Shown piece by piece: positions 1 to 11,946 of a stretch of DNA of 32,155 bases (position 1 is its first letter; every line of letters begins with the position of its first letter). A model generated the notes under the pieces. That model was not told the DNA's origin. It made no database searches and saw only the letters and a list, made by a program, of their open reading frames with translations. The stretch comes from Macrostomum lignano (Eukaryota): positions 1 through 32,155 of the forward strand of contig NIVC01004889.1 in assembly GCA_002269645.1 (NCBI GenBank), read 5' to 3'. Both the position numbers and the translations under genes were made by a program.

Positions 1-425
1 TTCATATGCTTTTGTTAATCAGTCATGTAATCTGCTTATCGTTTCCGCTTCTTTCTGTCTGCCTTCTCTTTTGGTGCATTGCGATTTTCAATGTTTGTGT
101 CTCGGTCTGTCCGTTTTTTATTTTCAAGCTACTTAAAGTAATGTGTCTATTCTTGAGCCTATATTTGGATATCAGTTCTGTCTGTTGCCTTTCTTACCTA
201 GATGTACTTATTATGCTTTGTCTAGACTTATGGTAGGAGCGAGTGGATTCTTTTTGTGTTCAGATTTTGTTTCAATATTTAAACTGTAAATATATTATCT
301 ATTGAGACTGTCATACAACTGAAAGTACAACTTAGGTCGCAGAGTTTTAGAAATTGCTGTTACTTAATTGATGAGATGCTTACAATATTTGCTATTGTGA
401 ATTGAAAAACGGTTGTGAGTGAATA

Positions 426-938
426 CTGGCTCTAGAGATTGCTCAGGCTGATGAGGCATTAGGGATGCTGGCTCTAGAGATTGCTCAGGCTGATGAGGCA
501 TTAGGGATGCTGGCTCTAGAGATTGCTCAGGCTGATGAGGCATTAGGGATGCTGGCTTTAGAGATTGCTCAGGCTGATGAGGCATTAGGGATGCTGGCTT
601 CAGAGATTGCTCAGGCTGATGAGGCATTAGGGATGCTGGCTTTAGAGATTGCTCAGGCTGATGAGGCATTAGGGATGCTGGCTCTAGAGATAGCTCAGGC
701 TGATGAGGCATTAGGGATGCTGGCTCTAGAGATTGCTCAGGCTGATGAGGCATTAGGGATGCTGGCTTCAGAGATTGCTCAGGCTGATGAGGCATTAGGG
801 ATGCTGGCTCTAGAGATTGCTCAGGCTGATGAGGCATTAGGGATGCTGGCTTCAGAGATTGCTCAGGCTGATGAGGCATTAGGAATGCTGGCTTTAGAGA
901 ATGCTCAGGCTGATGAGGCATTAGGGATGCTGGCTTCA
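426..938. repeat. 42-bp minisatellite, ~12 copies (CTGGCTCTAGAGATTGCTCAGGCTGATGAGGCATTAGGGATG)
   Basis: Near-identical tandem units read directly; they explain ORFs 364..960 and 465..968. Confidence 0.97.
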
Positions 939-1035
939 GCTGCACAAATTGATGGGGCACTGGATTAGGGTGCTCAGACTTATGGAGGCTGGGAGATAAG
1001 AGTGCTCAGATCGATGCAGCTCCATCTTCAACTTG

Positions 1036-1301
1036 ATGTCAGCCGGGCCACCCGCCGCCGACTCCGACATGTCGTTCGTCTTGTCTGACGCCGATCGTCG
1101 ACTCGGACTAAAAACTTCGGTGGCGTTGCAGCGCCTGGCTGAGGAAGTCGACGCAGTCAGGCGGAGCTCGTTTCGGCGCTGGCGCTTTGACCTGGCCTGC
1201 CTGTGGCGCCACCCGCCGATCACCCTGCCTCACATTGGCGTCAATCTGGCGCTGTGGGCTCTGCTGCTCGCCGCCTCCGCTTTGGCAGACCGGCCCGAGG
1301 A
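1036..1301 (+). CDS. TMEM94: TMEM94/KIAA0195-like protein, coding exon 1 (start codon uncertain: 1036 or 1069)
   Basis: LGLKTSVALQRLAEEV resembles the recalled human TMEM94 N-terminus LGLSTRKALSVLKEQL and is followed by a hydrophobic segment. Donor GTGAGA at 1302, phase 2, matches the next acceptor. Confidence 0.75.
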
Positions 1302-1313
1302 GTGAGAAGGCGC

Positions 1314-1590
1314 CTGTGTACCGCTCTATCTACCTGTCTACCGCTCTATCTACCTGTCTACCGCTCTATCTACCTGTCTACCGCTCTAACTACCCTGTCT
1401 ACCGCTCTATCTACCTATATACTGCTCTATCTACCTGTCTACCGCTCTATCTACCTATATACTGCTCTATCTACCTGTCTACCGCTCTAACTACCCTGTT
1501 TACCGCTCTATCTACCTATATACTGCTCTATCTACCTGTCTACCGCTCTATCTACCTGTCTACCGCTCTATCTACCTGTCTACCTGTCTA
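1314..1590. repeat. 20-bp minisatellite (TACCGCTCTATCTACCTGTC), left part, intron 1
   Basis: Tandem units; the same array resumes at 4016 after the LINE. Confidence 0.95.
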
Positions 1591-4015
1591 TTATTAATTT
1601 CCGGCGTGCCAACTGGGTCCTTTTCAAATTCACCCTGGAGAACTCGCTGTCTGACTTCAGCACTGACGGCAACGCTCATGGCGTCGAGAAGAATTTGCGC
1701 CGGATTATTCTCAAGGCGATGAAGACGGCCATCCCTGAAGGCCGATTCAAGCGCCAAGAAGCCTCGCCCTGCCCTGCTGTAATTCGCCACCTTCTAGCTG
1801 AACGCGACAAACTGCGCTCTGATGATGCTAGCGATCCTAGGATCCCTACACTCCAGAACCGCGTTACTGCTCTGATTGAAGAGGAACAACGTGCCCGATG
1901 GAACGATTTCTTGAATGAGCACGGGCAACAGCCTGCACCCACTCCGCATCTTTGGTCCACCATTAAACGTCTTTCCGGCCGTGTCACCTCCTCAGCTCGT
2001 AACATCATCATCCGTTTCGACGGAAGACCGACCTAGACCGACGCGGAGGCGGCTAATCGGCTTAATAAACAGTTCACGCAGCCGCGTGCTCACTGTTCGA
2101 ATCCAGCCATGCGCTTCGTCCGCCGCAAAGTTGCTGCACTCCCGCGCGAAGACCTGCTGCACTACCCTCTTGTATTTCTCCAAAGACAACCTGGTGCAGG
2201 CCATCAAACGCTCTAAGCCTTCGAAGGCTATCGGCCCTGACGGTATCTGTCCGCTAGTCATTAAACATTTCGGCCCCAAAGCCATCGACGTGCTCCTCGG
2301 CCTGTTCAACCGTTCGCTGCACTACAATGAAATCCCCGCGGTTTGGAAGAAATCGCTGATCTGCCCATTAATTAAAAGTGGCAAACCTCCGGATGACGGA
2401 GCCTCCTACCCCCCGATTTCGTTCCTCTCCCCGCTGGCTAAAATCTTTGAAAAACTCCTGCTGCCCCTGCTGACTGACCACCTTAAGCTCCCAGCTTGGC
2501 AGCACGGTTTCCGCCCAATGCACTCTACCACTACCGCATTGTGTCAGCTCGCCGAGCAGATCAGTACTGTTTTCTGCCAAGCCAAGCCCCGGCGAGAACT
2601 GGCACTGCTGCTCAGGATCTGAAGGCTGCCTTTGATTGTGTGGACCACTGTGAGCTCATCACCGACGTCTTCAACTCCGACCTGCCGAACCTCATCAAAG
2701 GCTGGCTCTGCAACTACCTTCTCGGTTGTCAAGCCCGCACAATACTCGTACTGCGCGACTGCAAGTCCGCCTGGCGCCAAGTTCGCATGGGAGTGCCCCA
2801 AGGTAGCGCGATCAACCCGCTTCTTTTCGCCTTCTACCTGAAGGACACCCCTACGCCGGATGACCCGAACTCCAGCCTTATCGGCTATGCCGATGACCTT
2901 ACAGCGGCTGCCTCTTCCGCGTCCATCTCGCGCATCCAAGAGCAACTCAACGCCTACTTAACGCGCTTGGCGCCGTTCCTCCATGCCCGCAAGCTCAAGG
3001 TCTCGGCAGCAAAATGCACCACGACGCTCTTCACTCCGGACCAACGGGAGTACGCCAAGGCCCTCGAGGTCTACTTCGACGGTTCCAGACTACCCCAGGC
3101 TCTCTTTCCTAAAATCCTGGGCGTGATCTTTGATCCGAAGATGACGTTCAGCCGTCACGTCAAGGCCACTATCGAGAAGGCCCACAAACATAACAGCGTC
3201 CTCCGCTGCTTGGCGGGTAGCAGTTGGGGCAGCTGCAAGGAGCTGCTGCTCAACACTTACAAGGCCATTTCGCGCAGCATCCTCAACTACGCTGCTCCTG
3301 TTTGGGGACCTGTCATCTCGTCCACCTCCTGGAACGGGCTCCAGTCGGTCCAAAACGCGGCCATTCGGTGCATCACCGGCTGCACCGTCAATACCTCTGT
3401 TGCCGACCTTCACTGCGAGACCCGGATGCTCCCGGTCCAGCAGCACAACAGGCTCCTGTCTCTCCAGTTCCTCCTGGCCTCTCGCCGTCCTGAGCACCCC
3501 TGCTACCACCTTTCCGCCTGCCCGGCTCCTCGCCGGCGCATGAAGCCGTCCATTTTTACCGCACCATTCTTTGACGATTCCTGGCAGCCAGTCGAAGCCC
3601 CGGCGGTCCTCGACGACGCGGCAGCCTGGGACAGGGCGAGGCGAGCTCAACACTCGCTCATCGTGCTCAATCACATCGACGGCCTACCTCCTAACCGCGT
3701 CGTCGGCCTTCGCCCCGACGTCTGCGATTCCGAGCGTTCTTTGCCGCGTCGGACCCGTTCTCTGCTCGCCCAGCTGCGCTCTGGCTTCAGTCCTATGCTT
3801 CGTAGTTACCAGCACCGGTTGAATCCTGAGACGCCTCCAAGCTGTCCTGAGTGCGACGCGGCCACGCATGATTGCCTGCATCTTTTTAATTGCCCGGCTC
3901 ACCCCACCGAGTTGGTGCCCTCTGACCTGTGGCGCAACCCTGTTGAAATCGCTGAGTTCCTGTCGCTGCCTGTCCAGCGCGACCCTGGCGAGGGTTAAAA
4001 ACAACAACAACAACA
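1591..4015 (+). mobile_element. 5'-truncated non-LTR retrotransposon (LINE): post-endonuclease linker, RT, C-terminal Cys/His knuckle, (AAC)n tail; no RNase H seen; clade not assigned
   Basis: NFRRANW linker start, SKAIGPDG, WKKSLICPLIK, QHGFRPMHST, DLKAAFDCVDH, GVPQGS, YADDL, LGVIFDPKMTF and CPECDAATHDCLHLFNC. TAA at 3996-3998 is followed directly by AAC repeats. Possible TSD ACCTGTCTA (1582-1590 / 4016-4024), not diagnostic inside the repeat. Confidence 0.93.
1595..3998 (+). pseudogene. Disrupted LINE ORF2 (reverse transcriptase)
   Basis: In-frame TAG at 2034-2036 plus frameshifts near 2170 and 2580-2620 split the RT over ORFs 1695..2036, 1915..2622 and 2496..3998. Confidence 0.88.
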
Positions 4016-4808
4016 ACCTGTCTACCGCTCTATCTACATATCTACCACTCTATCTACCTGTCTACCGCTCTATCTACATATCTACCGCTCTATCTACCTG
4101 TCTACCGCTCTATCTACATATCTACCGCTCTATCTACCTGTCTACCGCTCTATCTACCTGTCTACTGCTCTATCTACCTGTTTATCGCTCTGTCTACCTG
4201 TCTACTGCTCTATCTACCTGTTTATCGCTCTGTCTACCTGTCTACTGCTCTATCTACCTGTTTATCGCTCTATCTACCTGTCTACTGCTCTATCTACCTG
4301 TCTACCGCTCTATCTACCTGTCTACTGCTCTATCTACCTGTTTATCGCTCTATCTACCTGTCTACTGCTCTATCTACCTGTTTATCGCTCTATCTACCTG
4401 TCTACTGCTCTATCTACCTGTTTATCGCTCTATCTACCTGTTTATCGCTCTATCTACCTGTCTACTGCTCTATCTACCTGTTTATCGCTCTATCTACCTG
4501 TCTACCGCTCTATCTACCTGTCTACCGCTCTAATCACCCTGTCTACCGCTCTATCTACCTGTCTACCGCTCTATCTACCTGTTTATCGCTCTATCTACCT
4601 GTCTACCGCTCTATCTACCTGTTTATCGCTCTATCTACCTGTCTACCGCTCTAACCACCCTGTCTACCGCTCTATCTACCTGTCTACCGCTCTATCTACC
4701 TATATACTGCTCCATCTACCTCTGTACCGCTCTACCGCTCTATCTACCTGTCTACTGCTCTATCTACCTGTTTATCGCTCTATCTACCTGTCTACCGTTC
4801 TATCTACC
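4016..4808. repeat. 20-bp minisatellite, right part, intron 1
   Basis: Same TACCGCTCTATCTACCTGTC unit with TTTATCG/TACTG variants. Confidence 0.95.
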
Positions 4809-4906
4809 AAAAAATGAACAAAACAATTTCATGTCTGCCACTCTACCGCTGTGCACTTTGCAGTTTTTCTTAACCAAAACTTTATAAACCTGCCGCACTG
4901 TTCCAG

Positions 4907-5052
4907 TTTCCTACCAGTGGTCACCATGGCCCTTGTCCTGACAGCCATGCTGCTGCTCATTGGAGCCAATGTGGCCGCTGCGGTCCTTATCGACTGGCTG
5001 TCGCACAATGGAGTTGATAAGAAAATTCAGAACCTCTGCGCTGATTTAGCGG
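4907..5052 (+). CDS. TMEM94: TMEM94-like exon 2
   Basis: Acceptor TTCCAG (4901-4906), donor GTAAGA at 5053. Phase 2 in and phase 1 out fit the neighbours. Encodes the TM helix FLPVVTMALVLTAMLLLIGANVAAAVL. Confidence 0.8.
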
Positions 5053-5104
5053 GTAAGAATTTGGCGAAGACGACACGAACATTCGAGCACTGAATGATCG
5101 GATA

Positions 5105-5812
5105 GGATTAGAATCACTTCCTGTGGGATCTGAAGGATTAGAATCACTCCTAAGGGATCTGAGGGGATTAGAATCACTCCTGAGGGATCTGAGGGGATTT
5201 GAATCACTCCTGAGGGATCTGAGGGGATTAGAATCACTCCTGAGGGATCTGAGGCGATTATAATCACTCCTGAGGGATCTGAGGGGATTAGAATCACTTC
5301 TAGGGGATCTGAGAGATTAGAATCACTCCTGAGTGATCTGGGGGATTAGAATCACTCCTTAGTGATGTGAGGGGTTTAGAATCACTCATGGGGATCTGAG
5401 GGGATTAGAATCACTCATGGGGGATCTGAGGGGATTAGAATCACTCCTTAGTGATGTGAGGGGTTTAGAATCAGTCCTGGGGGATCTGAGGGGATTAGAA
5501 TCAGTCCTGAGGGATTTGAGGAGATTAGAATCACTCCTGAGGGATTTGGGGGGATTAGAATCACTCTTGAGGGGATTAGAATCACTCCTGAGGAGATTAG
5601 AATCACTCCTGAGGGATTTGGGGGATTAGAATCACTCTTGAGAGGATTAGAATCACTCTTGAGGTGATTAGAATCACTCTTGAGGGGATTAGAATCACTC
5701 TTGAGGGGATTAGAATCACTCCTGAGGGATCTGAGGGGATTAGAATCACTCCTGGGGGCGATTAGAATCACTCCTGAGGGGTTAGAATCACTCCTGAGGG
5801 GGTTAGAATCAC
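5105..5812. repeat. 30-bp / 21-bp minisatellite (GGGGATTAGAATCACTCCTGAGGGATCTGA), intron 2
   Basis: Tandem units read directly. Confidence 0.95.
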
Positions 5813-5857
5813 TCATACCGCTAAGAAATACATTGACTCGTATTGATTGCACTGAAG

Positions 5858-6372
5858 AGTACAGCCGCACCGTGAACTGGCCAGTCGAGTCAGCCTACCC
5901 GGACCTGAGCGCGCCCTCCGTGTCCACCATCCACTGCCACTGGACCCTCCGAGACGGGCACCTAATCAACCTACCTGCTATGCTATTGGTTCGCGACGAC
6001 ATTATCTACGTTCGTCCCGGCAGCGCTTTCAACGTGCACTGCTGCGAGTTGCCCCAGCAACAACAGTCGGAACAGTTGGCTAGATCGTTCGAACCGGATG
6101 ATCGGTACATGCCAGTGCTGCCTGATCCAGCCAGACGGTCGCTCAGCAGGCCCGTGTCTCACCGGGTTCTGCCGCCGCTGCGCTGCCGCGTGAAGCTGAC
6201 TCCGGCTGTGGATTTTGTTCGAGATTTTCTTAATCTGCACATTCGAGGCCGATCGGACTTGGACGCGCTGTTCGCCAGAGGCTGTCGGGCGTGTCTGGTC
6301 TGCGTGGGAGTCGCTTTTGCCGTGTGTTTGGTCGCCGCGCTGGCCAAACGGCACGTTATTGGGGAGGATTCG
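5858..6372 (+). CDS. TMEM94: TMEM94-like exon 3
   Basis: VNWPVESAYPDLSAPSVSTIHCHWTLRDGHLINLPAMLLVRDDIIYVRPG matches recalled human IQWPSAMYPDLHMPFAPSWSLHWAYRDGHLVNLPVSLLVEGDIIALRPG. AG at 5856-5857, donor GTAAGC at 6373. Confidence 0.88.
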
Positions 6373-6464
6373 GTAAGCTGTGCTGTAAGAGGGAGAGATA
6401 AAGATTTCGAATTTTATGACCTAAGCGTTTATAGTTCTTTAATTTTTAGTATATAGGATATGTG

Positions 6465-6960
6465 TACTTTAGTGCATCTAAAAGTACTTTAGGGGATTTT
6501 TACTATAGTGTAAAAGTACTCTTAGGCGGTGCGTACTTTAGATGAAAAGCACTTTTAAGGGACGTGTACTTTACTGCAAAAGTACTTTTAGGTTTCGTAC
6601 TTTTCTGCAAAAGTACTTTCAGGTTTTTTACTTTACTGTAAAAGTACTTTTATGGGTTTTGTACTTTACTGTAAAAGTACTTTTACGGCATGTGTACATT
6701 CGTTCAAAAATATATTCGTGATATTTGTGCTTTATATTGTGTAAAAGCGTACTTTAATGGACATCCACTTATGATAGGTGTACTTAGTAGTACAGATGCA
6801 CTCAAGTGTACATGTACTTCTGTGTAGCTGCACTTTATTCTAGATGCACTACTGTAGTCTGGATGTACTTTTGACTTTGTCTCTTTAATTTAACTTCGAT
6901 GTACTCTAGTTGGTGTACTTCAGGGTGAAGGTAAATGTGCTTTACACCAGGGTACTCCCA
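6465..6960. repeat. Degenerate ~32-bp repeat built on the palindrome AAAAGTACTTTT, intron 3
   Basis: AAAAGTACTTT/GTACTT recurs at ~30-33-bp spacing and decays 3'. Confidence 0.75.
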
Positions 6961-7016
6961 GTTGAAATGACGCAGACAAATTATTAAAGCTCTGCACTTT
7001 TACTCTGCACTTTTAG

Positions 7017-7391
7017 GTGTCAGCAGCCTACGCGCTGGCCTTCCCCTGCCTGGCCACCCTCCCCATCCTGCTGCTGTCCTGCCCGCCAATGTGGCACGCC
7101 CTGAACCTGTGGGAGCTGGCCAAAGCTCTGGTGCACGTGCACCGAACTTCTCTGGCTAGCGACGAGCTGCTTCGCCAGCCAGACAGGCCGCCATCGATGG
7201 ACAGCCTGACGGAGTCCATCGGCTCCCTGTCGGACCTGGACACCTGCGACACCACCGCTGCTGCCTCAATCGTTGCTGGCTGGCGAGACGCCTTGGCGAA
7301 GTTGATGTACCTGCTGACTGACAATGCGGAGGTGGACTGGAAGCTGGTGCACTCGTTTGGCACAATGTCCAGGCTGTGCTGCGCTGATAAG
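7017..7391 (+). CDS. TMEM94: TMEM94-like exon 4
   Basis: Acceptor TTTTAG, donor GTGCGA at 7392, phase 0. LVHSFGTMSRLCCADK matches recalled LLHSLGSVTVLCCVDK. Confidence 0.88.
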
Positions 7392-7400
7392 GTGCGACTT

Positions 7401-7769
7401 TGACTGCTCATAGTGCCAATTTGACTGATCATAATACCAATTTGACTGCTCATAGTGCCAATTTGACTGATCATAATACCAATTTGACTGCTCATAGTGC
7501 CAATTTGACTGATCATAATACCAATTTGACTGCTCATAGTGCCAATTTGACTGCTCATAATACCAATTTGACTGATCATACTTCTAATTTAACTACTCAT
7601 AGTGCCAATCTGACTGTTCATAGTGCCAATCTGACTGCTCATAGTGACAATTTGACTGCTCATAGTGACAATTTGACTGCTCATAGTGACAATCTGACTG
7701 CTCATAGTGACAATCTGACTGCTCATAGTGCCAATTTGACTGCTCATAGTGCCAATCTGACTGCTCATA
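7401..7769. repeat. 21-bp minisatellite (TGACTGCTCATAGTGCCAATT), intron 4
   Basis: Tandem units fill almost the whole intron. Confidence 0.95.
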
Positions 7770-7788
7770 CCGCTTCGCCTGTCTTCAG

Positions 7789-8256
7789 GAGGGCATCCTC
7801 AGCCTGCCCATCCCGCTGCCAGACAAAGTCTGTTTCTTACGCCGCAAGCACCGTCACCGCAGCACGCCCGCCCAGCGCAAGAAGTCGGACATGAGCTTGC
7901 AGACCTCCGAGGCCAACAGCGCCCTGCTGGACACGGAGGCGCATATTCACGTCCTGGACGTTTCGCATGACCCGAAGATTGCCTACCGACTGGACTTTGA
8001 CGATCCGCATTGGCGTCGGTTTTTGAAATCATTGAAGCCGCTGGGTCTGGCCATTCTGTTGAATAACTGCCACCCGTCTGCCAGGCCCAGCTATGACGCT
8101 TTCGCTCATCACGTGACCGCCGTCACGCTGCCGGATGATCCGCGCGCTTGCGTTAATAAGCGGCGTTGCCTGTGCGACTTGGCGAGGCTGATCGGCTTCA
8201 AGGATGCGGCTCGGGACCCCTTCAGCCTGCAGTTCACGCTGGGCACCTATCAGCAG
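7789..8256 (+). CDS. TMEM94: TMEM94-like exon 5
   Basis: Acceptor CTTCAG. EGILSLPIPLPDKVCFL, FDDPHWRRFLKSLKPLGLAILLN and LCDLARLIGF match TMEM94 motifs. Donor GT at 8257. Confidence 0.9.
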
Positions 8257-8304
8257 GTGGCTGCGGCATAGCGATGCTCTGTTTGAGTTTGCGATTTGGG
8301 TGCA

Positions 8305-8841
8305 GTGATTGATTGATTGATTGATTGATTTATTCCATTGATTGATTGATCGATTGATTGATTGAACTTGATTTTTGGATTGATTGATTGATTCTATTGA
8401 TTAATTTATTTATTCCATTGATTGATTGATTGATTGATTCTATTGATTAATTGGACTCGATTTATTGGATTGATTAATTGATTTATTTATTTATTAATTG
8501 ATTCAATTTATTGATTGATTGATTTTTTTATTCCATTAATTGATTGATTGATTAATTGAATTCGATTTATTGGATTGATTGAGTGATTGATTGATTCCAT
8601 TAATTGATTGATTGATTGATTGATTGATTCTATTGATTAATTGGATTCGATTTATTGGATTAATTGATTGATTCTATTGATTAATTGGATTCGATTTATT
8701 GGATTAATTGATTGATTCTATTGATTAATTGGATTCGATTTATTGGATTAATTGATTGATTCTATTGATTAATTGGATTCGATTTATTGGATTAATTGAT
8801 TGATTGATTGATTCTATTGATTAATTGGATTCGATTTATTG

Positions 8842-8873
<32 letters not shown>

Positions 8874-9365
8874 CTATTGATTAATTGGATTCGATTGATT
8901 GATTGATTGATTCTATTGATTAATTGGATTCGATTGATTGATTGATTGATTGAATTCGATTTATTGGATTGATTGATTGATTGATTGATTGATTCTATTG
9001 ATTAATTGGATTCGATTGATTGATTGATTGATTCTATTGATTAATTGGATTCCACTGATTGATTGATTTATTTATTTATTCCATTGATTGATTGAATAAT
9101 TGAATTTGATTTATTGATTGATTAATTGATTGATTGATTGATTGATTGATTAATTGATTCAATTTATTGATTGATTGATGAATTCAATGGATTGATTGAT
9201 CGAATGATTGGTTGATTCGATTGACTGATTGCTTTGATTGACTCATTGACTCATTACATTGATTCCATTGGTGAACTAAAAAATTAGATACAATTGATAA
9301 ATCGTAAATTAAGTTTACATTTTATGATTCAATTGATTGATAATTTAGTTCAGTTGATTGCTTTA
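8305..9365. repeat. (ATTG)n microsatellite with higher-order GATTCTATTGATTAATTGGATTCGATTTATTG units, intron 5
   Basis: Read directly. Confidence 0.95.
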
Positions 9366-9443
9366 TTGATTTTACGCTACTTGGGTATCTGTGCCGACAC
9401 ACACCCGAGCGTATTAATCTAGTATGCCAATTGCACATTTCAG

Positions 9444-9650
9444 GCCAGCAAGGAGGACCAGGGCAAGGACCAGTTCTTGAGGCTGCTCAGCGCGCTCAGA
9501 CAGAAGGCACCTGTCGGGCACACCTTCGGCTGCGCTGTGCAGCAGCGGCATCTGGGCGGGCAGTACTTTGTGCAGGGCTCGGCTGATGTGCTCGTGTCAG
9601 AGCTGTGTGCGGACTATTGGAATGGCAACTCTGTGTCTGCGCTCACTGAA
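9444..9650 (+). CDS. TMEM94: TMEM94-like exon 6
   Basis: Acceptor TTTCAG. QGSADVLVSELCADYWNG matches recalled QGTADVVLEACTDFWDG. Donor GTACAT at 9651, phase 0. Confidence 0.85.
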
Positions 9651-9710
9651 GTACATTGGGGTGTGCTCTGGTGGATTGAGTAGGGTTACCAGCATGTCAA
9701 ATTTGTTCTT

Positions 9711-10925
9711 GTAGGTTTGGTAGGGTTTATGGTAGGTTTGGTAGGGTTTATGGTAGGTTTGGTAGGGTTTATGGTAGGTTTTATGTTTCAATCAAGGCTT
9801 AGTAGGGTTTATGGTAGGTTTGGTAGTGTTTATGGTCGGTTTTATGTTTCCATCAAGGCTTCGTAGGGTTTATAGTAGGTTTGGTAGGGTTTATGGTAGG
9901 TTTTGTAGGGGTTATGGTAGGTTTTGTAGGGTTTATAGTAGGTTTGGTAGGTTTTATGTTTCAATCAAGGGTTGGTAGGGTTTATGGTAGGTTTAGTAGG
10001 GTTTCTGGTAGGTTTGGTAGGGTTTATGGTAGGTTTGGTAGGGTTTATGGTAGGTTTAGTAGGGTTTATGGTAGGTTTGGTAGGGTAGGGTTTATGATAG
10101 GGTTTATAGTAATTCTGGTAGGTTTGGTAGGGTTTCTGGTAGGTTTGGTAGGGTTTATAGTAGGTTTAGTAGGGTTTCTGGTAGGTTTGGTAGGGTTTAT
10201 GGTAGGTTTGGTAGGGTTTATGGTAGGTTTGGTAGGGTAGGGTTTATGGTAGGTTTAGTAGGGTTTATGGTAGGTTTGGTAGGGTTTCTGGTAGGTTTGG
10301 TAGGGTTTATGGTAGGTTTGGTAGGGTAGGGTTTTATGGTAGGGTTTGTAGTAATTCTGGTAGGGTTTATGGTAGGTTTGGTAGGGTTTCTGGTAGGTTT
10401 GGTAGGGTTTATGGTAGGGTTTGTAGTAATTCTGGTAGGGTTTCTGGTAGGTTTGGTAGGGTTTCTGGTAGGTTTGGTAGGGTTTATGGTAGGTTTGGTA
10501 GGGTTTATGGTAGGTTTGGTAGGGTTTATGGTAGGTTTGGTAGGGTAGGGTTTATGGTAGGTTTGGTAGGGTAGGGTTTATAGTAGGGTTTGTAGTAATT
10601 CTGGTAGGGTTTCTGGTAGGTTTGGTAGGGTTTATGGTAGGGTTTGTAGTAATTCTGGTAGGGTTTCTGGTAGGTTTGGTAGGGTTTCTGGTAGGTTTGG
10701 TAGGGTTTATGGTAGGTTTAGTAGGGTTTCTGGTAGGTTTGGTAGGGTTTCTGGTAGGTTTGGTAGGGTTTCTGGTAGGTTTGGTAGGGTTTATGGTAGG
10801 TTTGGTAGGGTTTATGGTAGGTTTAGTAGGGTTTATGGTAGGTTTGGTAGGGTTTATGGTAGGTTTGGTAGGGTTTTTGGTAGGTTTATTAGGGTTCATG
10901 GTAGGTTTGGTAGGTTTCCTAGGGC
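9711..10925. repeat. 21-bp G/T-rich minisatellite (GGTAGGTTTGGTAGGGTTTAT), intron 6
   Basis: Tandem units read directly. Confidence 0.95.
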
Positions 10926-11020
10926 TTTGTAGGAAGTCGTTCGAGCTCAACTGAACTCAAACTCAACCCAGGAGTCTCAAATGCAGCCAACTGGCTCTCC
11001 GCTCCCCGCCCTTTACCCAG

Positions 11021-11566
11021 CTGGACCGCAAGCGCCTGCTCAACTTCTACAGCCGGCACAGCTACTCAAGCTATTGCGACGCATTCGCTTACACGCCCGT
11101 GCTCAACAAGATGTCGCCGGCAGGCGGCAGCGGCGATCGATGCGTCGAATTGCCGCCGTTCCGGCTGAGCTCAGAGGAGGCTGAGGATCCGCCCACGCCA
11201 ATGCTGCTCAACACGCCTCTGTCAAGGACGTTCAGCGCTGAGACAACTTTGCATCGATCGTCCAATTTGTCCCTGACAGACGTAGACACCTGTCTGAGCA
11301 TGCAGAGCGGCCAGGTGTTTCTAGGAATGGTGGCCTCCCAGTTCCAGGCCAACTCCGATGTTGTCAGGCTCATCGACCAGCTGGAGCTGGGCTGCATCCG
11401 GTTCGTGTACTTTAGCGAGGAGAACGAACTGCGTAGCAGAGGATTCGCTGAACGTCTGGGACTCGAATCCGGCTGGAACTGTCACATCTCGCTGAGGAGC
11501 GACTCGTGCGGCGGCAGCAGGGCTACAGTGACCGCGGACAGGGAGCCGGTGCCCGCAGGCCTGACC
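11021..11566 (+). CDS. TMEM94: TMEM94-like exon 7 (last exon found; the C-terminal half of the gene is not in this window)
   Basis: LDRKRLLNFYSR, YCDAFAY and GQVFLGMVASQFQANSDVVRLIDQLELGCIRFVYFSEENELRSRGFAERLGLESGWNCHISL match the TMEM94 signature CIRFVYFS...GWNCHISL. Donor GTGAGT at 11567. Exons 1-7 join in frame (2523 nt, 841 codons). Confidence 0.92.
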
Positions 11567-11634
11567 GTGAGTCTTGGGTTCCATTGGCTGAGGGTGTCTG
11601 GTCGGATGCGTGCGATTGGGTCAGTGGGGTTGGT

Positions 11635-11946
11635 CTGATCTGGGTCAATGGGATCAGTGTCTGAGTCAATGAGATCAGTGTCTGGGTCAATAGGATCAGT
11701 GTCTGGGTCAATGGGATCAGTGTCTGAGTCAATGGGATCAGTGTCTGGGTCAATGGGATCAGTGTTTGGGTCAATGGTATCAGTGTCTGGGTCAATGGGA
11801 TCAGTGTTTGGGTCAATGGGATCAGTGTCTGGGTCAATGCGATCAGTGTCTGGGTCAATGGGATCAGTGTCTGGGTCAATGGGATCAGTGTTTGGGTCAA
11901 TGGGATCAGTGTCTGGGTCAGTGGGATCAGTGTATGGGTCAATGGG
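11635..11946. repeat. 21-bp minisatellite (GGGTCAATGGGATCAGTGTCT), intron 7, cut off by the Maverick
   Basis: Tandem units stop mid-unit at GGGTCAATGGG|AGTAGT. Confidence 0.95.

Noticed and set aside
426-938. Hammerhead-like CTGATGAG followed by a GCAT/ATGC stem in each 42-bp unit
   Set aside because: The required GAAA after stem II is absent and no stems I/III can be drawn.
11941-11946. Candidate TSD using CAATG, present near both flanks
   Set aside because: Not adjacent to the termini: left flank AATGGG versus right flank TTTGCC.
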